Positions 12,895-24,988 of a stretch of 64,000 nucleotides of DNA are shown in pieces. This DNA is from Mizuhopecten yessoensis (Eukaryota). The stretch lies in NCBI RefSeq assembly GCF_002113885.1, contig NW_018406816.1, forward strand, positions 406,426-470,425, read 5' to 3'. Each line of letters begins with the position of its first letter. Positions within the stretch are counted from its first letter, which is position 1. The notes under the pieces were generated by a model. It made no database searches and was not told where the DNA came from. It worked only from the letters and a program-made list of their open reading frames with translations. The translations under genes were made by a program, and so were the position numbers.

Positions 12895-14134
12895 CAGTGA
12901 TATATCGACTTACTTACCAGTAGCCACATAAAACACGTATCTCAGACGTTCATCACGCACATGTAAGTGTAGGGAAGACGCAATATGTTCTCTTGTTTTG
13001 TGTGGTTGATAAAAAGTTTAACAATATAACAGATTCATTGTTTTATTCTTATAAAAGCGTATACCATTAACTGATCGTACTTGATTGATTTTTAACACGG
13101 AAAGTTAGATTGCTACAGTGGTATGTCTCTATTTGATCAGAATGATATTTCTTTGTCTCTTTATGTTGTTTGTGTGTCTGTCTTTTCTGTTCTGTTACTA
13201 CTGTCAAATCATATCGTATAAAGATATGTTGTCCAAAAATGATTGGGCCGCTTTAAAGAGTATCATGACACTCCACTGTAGTCACGTTATACTGATACCG
13301 GGATAACCAGAAATACCCAGGGAGACACTACCAAAAGAACGAGTAGGACGGAAAGAACAGAAAAAGGAGGTTCAAAATATTACCATTGGAACAGTATCTC
13401 ATATTGGTTTCTTTAATGTTACCTTATAAGAAGATGAAAACAGATCATAAATATATAACATTTTTCATGGGTCCACACAAATACGAAGTCCTATGCGATA
13501 TCTTCTTTAGTTATATATACCGTAGAATGTGCACTTTTGTACATCAATCGTGAGCGAGAGAAATGGTCAAAGCTAGTCCGTATAATTGACAGACAACACG
13601 TTTTAGTTCAAAGTTAACGAATATTTATTCATTTCTAATAAAAACAAAAGATTTTAGCACAAAACATAGTATTACGCAAAATTTCAACGCCGAGCAACTT
13701 CAATCAGAAGAAAGAATTACAAATGCCGAGCCAAACATTGTAGTATAAAACGTCATCACATTTTTTATATAACAGCCTAGATGTGAATTTAGTAATTCTC
13801 TCGCAGTTAAATCCACTCGGAAACATCTAAAGGATATGTTAACAAAAGGCCAAGGGCCATGTAGTTCTCTGAGCATATGACTGAAGTGCTTGAAACTGCT
13901 GAATTCTGTTATCAGGTCCCGGAAGCAAGGAACCTTGCATCAATTATGTTATATTTTACAATGACATTTTGTTTTTTAAAATATCGAAATGTGTCTGTAA
14001 GACACGGATGCCAAGCTCCCTGTTTGGCGTATATACACACACAATGTAGTGGATGCTACGACCTATGTTACACACGCTGTGAATTGGCGTGTGTGATATT
14101 TTAAGCATGTCAACATAATTACAAGAGTACTAAT

Positions 14135-14283
14135 TAGGGGGTAGTACGTTGTTTTGAATGGCTATACTGGCGATTAGAACATGAAACTTGGGTTTGAACT
14201 CGAGACCGATAGGTCGAGAGTTTCAACCCAATTTCATGTTCTAATCGCCAGTAAAGACACGAAAAACAACGTACTATCCCCAT
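14135..14283. repeat. ~150-bp imperfect palindrome (probable transposon end)
   Basis: ggtagtacgttgtttt...ctggcgattagaacatgaaa mirrors tttcatgttctaatcgccag...aaaacaacgtactatcc around ctcgagaccgataggtcgagag. Confidence 0.7.
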
Positions 14284-14461
14284 TCTAACACACCTTAACA
14301 AATATACTACGCTAATATGTTTAAAAACATTGTATTTCCTTGTACAAAAGTACATTGTGACCTGAACTGGCGACGTGTCATTCTGCAGCGGACTGACCAA
14401 TCGGAAAGAAACTTTCAAAAATCGGTCATTTAGCCCCGCCCATACTGGCGAGCGCTCGACC

Positions 14462-15324
14462 TGTATGTTGACGAGGCGGAATATATGGATTGTTCGTGAA
14501 CGTCCTGTTACGAAAGTTTATACGACACATTCGGATTAATATTGACCAAGTTCCTACATTTCCATGTCAGTATGCATACCAATCGGTGTTTATCGACAAA
14601 ATCGATGATTATTTTTATAGATTTGTGAAAAGTTTTGTGTCAGTGCATAAGACACATGTGAAATGTTTGATTTGATTTCGGATCTAAATAGATGCCTTCA
14701 CACGGATAGAGGAACGTTTCAGTTATATATGGGGGTAAGAACAAGGAATGTGTTCTTTTAATTCATTCAACCAACGCATTTCATCGGTCGTTTCTGTTCT
14801 GTTGTCTACTAGCCTTATCAGCGGGATTTCGCTATGAGGCGAGCTTGACACCATATTGTTTTTGTTAGAAACGGGGCGTGGCTTAAGTGCGATGGGAGGA
14901 GCTTAACACGATTGATCATGATTCTATCGCAAGCTCGCCTCATAGCGCAATACCGCTGATAAGGCTAGTAGGCAACAGAACAGAAACGACCGATAAAATG
15001 CATTTGTTGAATGAATTAAAAAGTAAAAAGAACGCATTCCTTGTTCTTACCTCCATTTATTACTGAAACGTTCGTTCCATCCATGTAAAGGCATCTATTT
15101 AGATCCGAAATCAAATCAAACATTTCACATGTGTCGTATGCATTTACACAAAACTCTTCAAAAATCTATACAAATAATCATCGATTTTGTCGATAAGCAC
15201 CGATTGGTATACATACTGACATGGAAATGTAAGAACTTGTTCAATATTAATCCGAATGTGTCGTATAAACTTTGGTTACAGGACGTTCACGAACAATCCA
15301 AATATTCCGCCTCGTCAACATACA
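14462..15324. mobile_element. Foldback element with ~390-bp inverted arms and ~80-bp spacer
   Basis: 14462-14848 is the reverse complement of ~14930-15324 (tgtatgttgacgaggcggaatat / atattccgcctcgtcaacataca). Confidence 0.85.
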
Positions 15325-15659
15325 TTTTAATCCTTAAATAAATACTTTGTGAAATAATAAATTACATAATATTCTACCGGGGATAAGCGCACTCGCTAGA
15401 CAAAAAACATTTGAAACTATAGTAAAGTATTTGTAAATATATAATAACTGAAGTGACAATCAAACCGGTATTAAGACTCAAAAACATATGAAACTACAGC
15501 AAATTATTTACAAATTAAATCTTCAAATCAACACCCCTAAAACGTATAACAAAATATGATGTTCCAGAAAGGTACGTGGATTCTTGTTGACACAGATATA
15601 TGTCTGGTCTGTCAAAATGTGTAAGTCTAGTGTCAGGGCTAGAGAAACGCGGGCTAAAT

Positions 15660-16140
15660 GTCACTTATGTTTATCTTATCCTCGCCTGTTCTGTTTGTAA
15701 GGGCAGAACATGTGTCGCTGTTTCTCAAGATCATCAAGAAGTCGAGTTTTTTGCTGTTTCGCACAACCTTAATTTTAAGTACAATATTGCTATGCTATGG
15801 ACTTTTAGAGTATCACCACCCTGATCTTGATTCTCTTCCCCATATTATAGGGATAAGATAGAACGCAACCACCGTTATACCAAAATCATGTTTGCTTTTT
15901 AAATAGAAAAAGAAAACAAAATGGACAAAACTCCAGAAAATGTTCGGAAACGATATCCTTGCGTGGGGTCTTGATCAGTCTGATAATGCTGCCGTCACTG
16001 GTTTATTACAGGACACATACAAGTCTCTTACTGATAAGATAAAAAAAAAAACGAACATATATTACACATGGCAGTCTTTGATATATGTATACACAACAAC
16101 TGTTGGCGACTTCCAAATGGCAAAATGGTGAACATTCTAA
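15660..16140 (-). pseudogene. Inverted, decayed 5' remnant of a C1qDC paralog (copy F)
   Basis: The reverse strand carries the GATA module, 5'UTR and ATG (15889-15887). After a 1-nt frameshift it reads GITVVAFYLIPIIWEENQDQGGDTLKVHSIAILYLKLRL and later SALTNRTGEDKINISD, matching GGDTLQVHSKAILDLQLRL and SDLVNKRDEDNQTIDD; no gC1q. Confidence 0.8.
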
Positions 16141-17795
16141 ATTAATCAAATATAAATGAATCTGTACTTTGCAAACAATGACTTTTCTTGTTTCTTTTTG
16201 TGTTCTTCAAACAAAAATATATAAAAATATCTATAATGTAGACACAATTGTATAATTACAAATATTTTATAACTTTATAAATAAATAAATGTACCGAAAT
16301 AGTAAATCCTTCAAGAGCTCTGTTTATTCCTTCTCTGAGCTTCTTTGGTAGATTTAAGCTGCAAGCAGTCCTGATAATTTTAATGTTTTTTATTGTTCTT
16401 TTTAGATATCATAACATATTTTTTCCCTTTGTCGTAGGGAAACATGATAATTTGTTTCATTCAATAAATCATGTTTATGAAAGCAAAGCCTGTTGATGTA
16501 AATTTTCACTTTATATCACATTTTCTATGTCAAATTGCTATAAAATTATGATATTAAGAGGTATGTGATGAATTTGGAACCTAATAGATTGATCAGACTC
16601 GGTGATCAAATGTTATACTCAAGAGATCAACATCAAGGATCCTGTTTAAAAATACTTTTATCATTTTTTACCAATAACGGAATACTAAGCATAGATTCTC
16701 GATCACTTACAATAATATTCAACATTTGTATTGATGTGATATCACAATTACAGCCTTTTCAGTACAATTTGATCGAATAACACAGTTTTTAAATCTAAAA
16801 TATGTTTTGCTGGAAAGGAACTAGATATGTGTATTTTCTGCAATAGGGTAAAGAGCTGATCAGATCTGGTCAAATGAAATTGACCCCTTGGCCAACTTTC
16901 ATGATTTGAATTCAAGCATTTGTATTGTTTTAATTTAGCCAACGATTTTGCCAATAGCATTTTCAGTATTGTTATAACAATTGTGGTTATACAATGTATA
17001 TATATTGGTTACATTGTGCCATTGTTTTGTGCCATGAATATGTAAATTTTTAGTATTTATTATCTGCCCTTGGGTTTTGGTCATGTTTTAATCCATAGTT
17101 ACCAAAAGACTTGATACATTTTCTGAAATTATTATTTAGCAAAGATTGTATGATATGTTACATACTATATGTTCATTTATTAATTCTATTTTAAGGCTTT
17201 TGGTAGGCATATTTCAATTCTGTACCACTGAATAAAAACATATATATCTACGATGACTTGATTGGGGTCAGATGCTGTAGATGTACCCTGCATTTCCAAA
17301 TATACAATGAATTGTGATATACATGTATTACGATATTCTTTGAAAATTGGATTGGTGAAAATTCTTGTAATACCCACATATTATTATCAACCAAGCAAGT
17401 AAGCACATTGACATGTGGTAAGGGGGAGATAACTGACATCTTGTGAGGTTACACTATATCTAGCGAGAGATTAATCGTCAGATGTTTTCACTCATAATGG
17501 CATTGAAAACTGGTTTTGTATGCTTAGACGTAAATAATGAAAAATAGCATTATAGATCTGCAATTGTGTTAAAATTCATACATTAAAATCTCACGCTTTA
17601 TGGAATACAGATTTGGTAAATCAGTAAAAAAGTTTTAACAGTATCCTGTAAAATAATAGGTGATTGTTATACATGTCTTCCAATGTTTTTAGTATTTGGA
17701 GTAGGAAAAGTTTGTATTTGTATATATTCATGTTTGAAAAACAAATAAAAAAATAAAAAAGGAAAGTGTTTGTTTGTATAACACTACATATCTTT

Positions 17796-20140
17796 TTAGG
17801 TCACCTGAGCTTTGCTCAAGTGACCTATTCCAATCACTTTCCGTCCGTCGTCGTCCGTCGTGCGTCGTGCGTCGTGCGTCGTGCGTAAACTTTTTACATT
17901 ATCAACTTCTTCTCAAGAACCAGTGGATGGAAATTTTTCAAACTTGGTCAAAATCATCCTTGGTAGATGAGGCTACCAAATTGTAAAATTGGGATTCCTA
18001 CCCCAACCCTAGGGGCCAGGGCGGGGCCCAAAAGGGAAAAATTAACCAATTTTTCTAAAATCTTCTTCTCCTGACTCAGAGGTATTACAGTCATTTTCTC
18101 TGCATGGATGGAAAGATAATCAGGGGCTTATTTAAATTGTAAATTTCAGGCCCCCCGAGCTATCCGTTCTCCCTTGGGGAGGGGGTAAAATTTACTATAG
18201 TTTATATAGGGAAACAACACTTTTGGGTATATTTTGACAATTTTCTGTTGGAAATTATTTTTACTTTGTGAGAATTATCCTTGGAGGAGGAGGATGGTTT
18301 TAAATTGTAAAATTGGGATCCCTACCCTAACTCTGGGGGCCAGGGCGGGGCCCAAAAGGGAAAAATTAACCAATTTTTCTAAAATCTTCTTCTCCTGACT
18401 CAGAGGTATTCCAGTCATTTTCACTGCATGGATGGAAAGATAATCGGGGGCTTTATTTACATTGGAAATTTCAGGACCCCCGAGCTATCCGTTCTCCCTT
18501 GGGGAGGGGGGAAAGTTTACTATAGTTTATATAGGGAAACAACACTTTTGGGTATATTTTGACAATTTTCTGTTGGAAATTATTTTTACTTTGTGAGAAT
18601 TATCCTTGGAGGAGGAGGATGGTTTTAAATTGTAAAATTGGGATCCCTACCCCAACCCTGGGGGCCAGGGCGGGGCCCAAAAGGGAAAATTAGCCAATAT
18701 TTCAAAAATCTTCATCGCCAGCCTCAGAGGTATTACAGTCATTTTTTCTGCATGGATGGAAAGATCGTCAGGGGCTTTATTAAAACTGGTAATTTCAGGA
18801 CCCCCCAGCTTTCCGTTATCCCTTGGGGAGGGGGAAAAGTTTACTATAGTTTATATAGGGAAACAACACTTTTGGGTATATTTTGACAATTTTCTGTTGG
18901 AAATTATTTTTACTTTGTGAGAATTATCCTTGGAGGAGGAGGATGGTTTTAAATTGTAAAATTGGGATCCCTACCCTAACCCTGGGGGCCAGGGCGGGGC
19001 CCAAAAGGGAAAATTAGCCAATATTTCAAAAATCTTCATCTCCAGCCTCAGAGGTATTACAGTCATTTTTTCTGCATGGATGGAAAGATCGTCAGGGGCT
19101 TTATTAAAACTGGTAATTTCAGGACCCCCCAGCTTTCCGTTCTCCCTTGGGGAGGGGGAAAAGTTTACTATAGTTTATATAGGGAAACAACACTTTTGGG
19201 TATATTTTGACAATTTTTTGTTGGAAATTATTCTGACTTGGTGAGATTTATCTCTGAAAGAAGATGGTTTTAAATTGTAAAATTGGAATTCCTACCCCAA
19301 CCCTAGGGGCCAGGGCGGGGCCCAATAGGGAAAATTAGCCAATATTTCAAAAATCTTCTTCTCCAGACTCAGAGGTATAACAGTCATTTTCTCTGCATGG
19401 ATGGAAAGATCTTAAGGGGCTTTATTTAAATTGTCAATTTCAGGACCCCCGAGCTTTCCGTTCTCCCTTGGGAAGGGGGTAAAGTTAACTTTAGTTTATA
19501 TAGGGAAACAACACTTTTTGGTATATTTTGACAATTTTCTGTTGGAAATTATTCTTACTTGGTGAGAATTATCCTTGAAGGAAGATGGTTTTAAATTGTA
19601 AAATTGGGATTCCTACCCCAACCCTAGGGGCCAGGGCGGGGCCCCAAAGGGAAATTTAACCAATTTTTCAAAAATCTTCTTCTCCTGACTCAGAGCCCTA
19701 AATTACAGTCATTTTCTCTGCATGGATGGAAAGATCATCAGGGGCTTTATTTAAATTGTAAATTTCAGGACCCTCGAGCTATCCTTTCTCCCTCGGGGAG
19801 GGGGTAAAGTTTACTATAGTTTATATAGGGAAACAACACTTTTGGGTATATTTTGACAGTTTTCTGTTGGAAAATATTTTTACTTGGTCAGAATCATCTT
19901 TGGTGGATGACGATATCACATTGTAAACTTGGAATTCCTGCCCCATCCCCAGGGGTTAGAGCGGGGCCCCAAAAGGAACATTTACAAATATTTTAAAATT
20001 CTTATCCTTTAATGACATGACAAGTATTGTATTTCACTTAGTTTACATGCTGATTTCCACATCACATCTAAACAATAAAATTAAGCTACCAGTACCTATG
20101 ATATAACTCAGGTGACCGCTAAGGCCCTTGGGCCTCTTGT
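17796..20140 (+). mobile_element. Helentron-associated element (HINE) with ~6 x 323-bp internal tandem array
   Basis: 5' ttaggtcacctgag...ctcaagtgaccta, (cgtc/cgtg)n microsatellite, units at ~17981, 18305, 18630, 18954, 19275, 19596, 19921; 3' ctcaggtgacc, hairpin aggcccttgggcct and cttgtt. Inserted in a T run; the empty site is present in paralogs A and C. Confidence 0.85.
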
Positions 20141-20389
20141 TATTATATTAATTCAAAATATTGAATAATTTTACTATGCATTTTACCAACAGTTGGTACA
20201 CATGCGTCCAGGATTGTAACATGGCATATGTTTTTATCTTATCGGTAAACGTAGGTGCTATGAAGACCTGTGTGTGCCCTGTAAGGAACCAGTGACGGTA
20301 GCTGTATCGGAGTGATCAAGACGTTAAGACAGAATATCGTTTTCGAACATTGTCTGGAGTTTTGTCTGTTGATTTTCCCAAAAGGTGAC

Positions 20390-20898
20390 ATGAAGTTAGG
20401 AAAACGAGAAGTGTTGGACTCAATCCCAGAAATTCTGAGTTAGCAAGTCCAACGTTGGAAACAAGTAACCAAGGGATTATAAAACGTGTTTCCCCGAACA
20501 ATGAAGGTATGGTGGCATTTTATGCTTTTCTTTCTCATGATTACTCCTCGGTGGTTCATCTTATGGAAATACATTTCGACCGTGTGATAACTAATCTTGG
20601 GGGCTCTTACAGTGGAAACACGGGTACTTTCACATGTACACATGCGGGCGTGTATGCGTTTTCGTGGACCGTGCACGTTAGTCGTCGTTATATGTTCCCG
20701 GAACTAGTCAACAACGGTGTCGTTATTGGGACTGCGTTCTCTGGAGACTCGGAGTACAGCACAGGTGGGACAGGATCCGTGGTGGTGCATCTGGACCAAG
20801 GAGACGAAGTTTGGATCCGAGTAGGTGTAACTTATTCTGGAACTTACATAAGAGGCAAAAGCGGTACAACAACGTTTTCCGGATTTCTTCTCCAGTAG
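20390..20898 (+). pseudogene. C1qDC copy B: frameshifting deletion of signal peptide and coiled coil; gC1q ORF (20509-20898) still open
   Basis: ATGAAGTTA joins directly to GGAAAACGAGAAG (linker) through GTTA microhomology, deleting 532 bp relative to copy A. The ATG frame stops at 20443; the head MVAFYAFLSHD...FSGFLLQ has no stop. Confidence 0.8.
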
Positions 20899-23800
20899 CA
20901 TTGGTCTCTGGACTTGCTTACCAGTCCCCACACAAAACACGTATCTCAGACGTTAATCACTCACTTAATGCGATCATAGGGAAGACAGAAATACCAATCA
21001 GTTTATTCTCTTGTTTTGTGTGATTTATGATTTATAAAAAATGAACAATATGACAGACTTACTTGAGTTATAACATTTATTGATCGTACTTGACTCAATT
21101 TTAACATGGAAAGTTATATTGCTATAGTTGTATGTCTTTCCTTTAACGTTTATATTTCTTGATCGTTTTTGTTGTTTGTCCGTCTGCCTGTATGTCTGTC
21201 TGTTCTGTCACTTTCACATCATGTCGTATAAAGATGGCGTCTAAAAAGATTGGGCCACTTTAATGAATAGCAAGACACTCAACTTTAGTTACATTATACT
21301 GACACCGGGATAACCAGAAATACCTAAGGAGACACTAACGAAACGAACGAGTAGGAAGGAAAAAAGGGGGAAAAGCAGATGTTTTGGAACAGTTGCTCAT
21401 ATTGTTTTATTCAATTTTACCTCACAAGATGTTGAAAAAAACCTTTTTGCATGGGATCCACATTATTTAGATGTTCCATGCAATATTTTTGTACTTATTC
21501 ATACTCAATCTGTTTACTACTTAAGCAATAGTTATGATAACCTTTAAATGTACATCAATCACGAGTGAGAAATGGTCAAAGCTATTCCTTATAGACAGAC
21601 AACACGTTTTAGTTCAAAATTAACGAATATATTTTTTTTCTTCATAAAAACAACATGATTTAGCACAGTACATAACATAACGCTATAATTCCAACGCCGA
21701 GCAACTTCAATCGGAAGTAAGAATTACATATGCCGGGCCAAACATTGTGGTATAAAACGTCTTGTCTATTTTTAGGTTTTGACATGAGTACTGTGGAAAT
21801 AACCAAAACGGAGCGACATCCAGATTAGTTTGTTGAGTATATGTTATACGCTAAAAAGTAAGAGAAAGAAATCGCGAGGATAGAAGATATTGAGAGATTT
21901 AGAGTTTGGAGGGACCTGGCAAATTAAAATGTAACAGCCTAGATGTGATTTGACGAATCTCTCGCATATAAATCCAGTGGTTATCAAAAGTGCCTCATCA
22001 CAGGTTAACTTGTCAGCTTGAATTTATTTACCAAATTCTGTTATAAATGTCATATTGTTTAATTGGGGCTATCTTTCTTAAAGCAGATTTTCCCCAATGT
22101 GAATGAAAAGATGCCCTACAATAGCAACAAATTTGCGATGCTGTGCAGAAATAGCCAAAATATGGGTGTTTAGGACAGTTAGCATGCAGACATGAAAGCC
22201 TATGCATGTGACAAGCTAAAATTCCCTTTTTTACGAATGAACACTGTATGACAATGTTCAAACATTTCGAATATTTATTTGGTTTGGTGCATGCAGGTGT
22301 TTTTTTTTAAAGTTAAAGAGTATTTATTGGTAATTTCCTTACAAATGGCCAATTTGCAATCAAATAGCGCATAACACACGATATTCACGCATTTTATTAT
22401 GAAAATGTGGGTTTATGTCTCTCTTTGTAATGCCCTATCGCCTACACCAGTTATCGAATGAATTTGAAATTTCATATTTGTTTACTTCATTTATTCCAGA
22501 TTACGATTATAACAACTGTTCTTAATCCCCGATGAGGCAGGAAATGACCATTAACGCCCCTAGTCCTTTTCGCGCATTATCAAGTTTCAATAGATCAGCA
22601 CATTAATAAATTGGGGCTTACAGTTCATGCAATAGAAACCTATTTACACAAACTTTCAATTAGAGCAATCATAATTTAACACAAAGTTTAAAGTACAAAG
22701 AGTACTAAAATTGGAATACTTCTAAAAATTTGTACGTTTACAGTATAACAACGATAGTTACCAAACCGTCTTCCCAAAAGTTAGCATGGGCTGGTCTTAT
22801 CATATTGTGATATCTTATTGTTTAATTTAGTTGGTAGTTATAGTTGTCTGTATTCTTAACATATCATCAGTTTAGTGTGCCACGTTTTATAATTTGTCCT
22901 ATGTGACCTTGGGTTGACGACATGACTAGAATGGAGCATATATATCCGATCCTAAGTTTCTTAATGAAGTTAATTTGAATTTAAACTCTGTAAAAGTATC
23001 ATACTTTTTATGTACTACAATGTGTCTAACAAGTTTAAATATGAAAACACCATGTACACCAGGTAAGAAATTATATAGTCTACCCCACTTGATCTAGTCA
23101 CCCTCACGAGATCCATATCAATTCCTTCCCCCCCCNAAACACTTTACTGAGAGACACATTTCCAGCATTAATGTTAATTTCCTTTGAATTCGTTATTTTG
23201 GCAAAAACACTTTGGAGTTAAGCGCAGTTGAAATCTTGCGTTTTCCCCACAATTTATGTGCACAAAATTTCTTTCGTATCATCCCTTGAGATATTCGTGT
23301 ACAATCCCAGATATAAAGCTGTGATATATCTTTAATGAAAATATTTTGGACGTGGTGTTGAAATCTTGTATTTCTCACTTTAGTTATGTGGTTTAATTCT
23401 TTCAATTCATACTCTTACAGATAAAACCCCAGAAATATACTGTAATCACTTTCTTCAATAAATCAATCACATTATTTGAATTTAATCCATTTCAATACTG
23501 AATGCTGATGTTCAAAATGTACTGCACAGGGACTGTTGGACGACATTATTCAAATGAGACTAAATTCTACTCGGGCATATTTCACACGCCTGTAATGCAT
23601 GCACTTGTACAAAAGCATGCAAAGTATGCTAAAGGACAAAACTGTCCTTTATCGTATCAATAGCCTTCTAGGTTGATTGCACATACTGAACAGATATTGA
23701 AACTGTCCAATATCAACGAAAGAGGTTGCGTGTTTTAAGTAAGATATAAGCCCCAAACTGTCTATTATGTGAAATATTAGACAGTTTGAGGCGCGTAGCG

Positions 23801-24988
23801 CCGAATACTGTCCAATATTTTACATAATAGACAGTTTGAGGCTTATATCCTTTACTGACTTGATTGAGGACATATGAGGGATGTAGATGGTGAACATATT
23901 GACTGTTTTCTGAAAAATGGTCCAGCACAAATAAAATCACCAAGTGAAATCATTGACATTGGGTATAAATTATAATCATTATTTTTACATTTTAAAAGTT
24001 ATCACTTGGTATTTGTTCTGTATAAAAAGTTACCCTTATATATTCTGGTCTATGATCCACAGAAATCATGATGAGATTGAATTTATCATGTTCATATTAA
24101 GATCGCTTGATGTGGTTACTTCAACAACATTTTAAGAAAAGAAAAAAAGTTCATCATTAAAGTTTGCTAAACTGATGGTCACTTTTGGTATTTTCTACCT
24201 ACCCCGGTAAATGTGGAGGAAAACAAGGAGAAAAAATATCCTGCATTTACAGAAATACAATGTATTGTGATAAATTAAAATATTCTCTGAAAATTTGAAT
24301 GGTAAAAATTCTTGTCATACCCACAAGTTATTATCAACCAAGCAAGTAAGCATATTGACATGAGGTAAGGGGGAGATAACTGTTATCTGGTGAGGTTACA
24401 CTATATCTAGATTGATCGTCAGATGCTTTCAGCCATAATAGCTTTGAAAACTGGTTTTGTTTGCTTAGACGTAAATAATGAAAAACAGCGTTATAGATCT
24501 GAAATTGTGTTAAAATTCATACATTAAAATCTCACGTTTTATGGAATACAGATTTAGAAAATCAGTAAAAAAAACTTTTAACAGCATCCTATTAAATAAT
24601 AGGTGATTGTTATATATGTCTTCCAATGTTTTTAGTATTTTGTGTAGGAAAAGTATATATTTGTATATATTCATGTTTGAAAAACAAATAAACAAATTAT
24701 TTTTTGAAAGTATTTCTTTGTATAACACTACATATCTTTTTGTTATATTAATTCAAAATATCGAATAATTTTACCCCGACCAAGTCGCCAACAGTTGGTA
24801 CACATGCGTCGAGGATTGTAAAATATGTTAGATTTTATCTTATCGGTAAATGTAGGTGCTATAAAGACCTGTGTGCCCTGTAAGGAACCCGTGTCGGTAG
24901 CAGTATCGGAGTGATCAAGACGTTAAGACAGAATATCGTTTCCGAACATTGTCTGGAGTGTTGTCTGTTGATTTTTCTAAAACGAGAC

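Noticed and set aside
24911-24988. 26-aa N-terminal extension (MIKTLRQ...) on copies C and D, and a 10-aa extension on E
   Set aside because: These start at GTG/TTG codons, the extension is out of frame in copy A, and it would precede a clean signal peptide; treated as 5'UTR.
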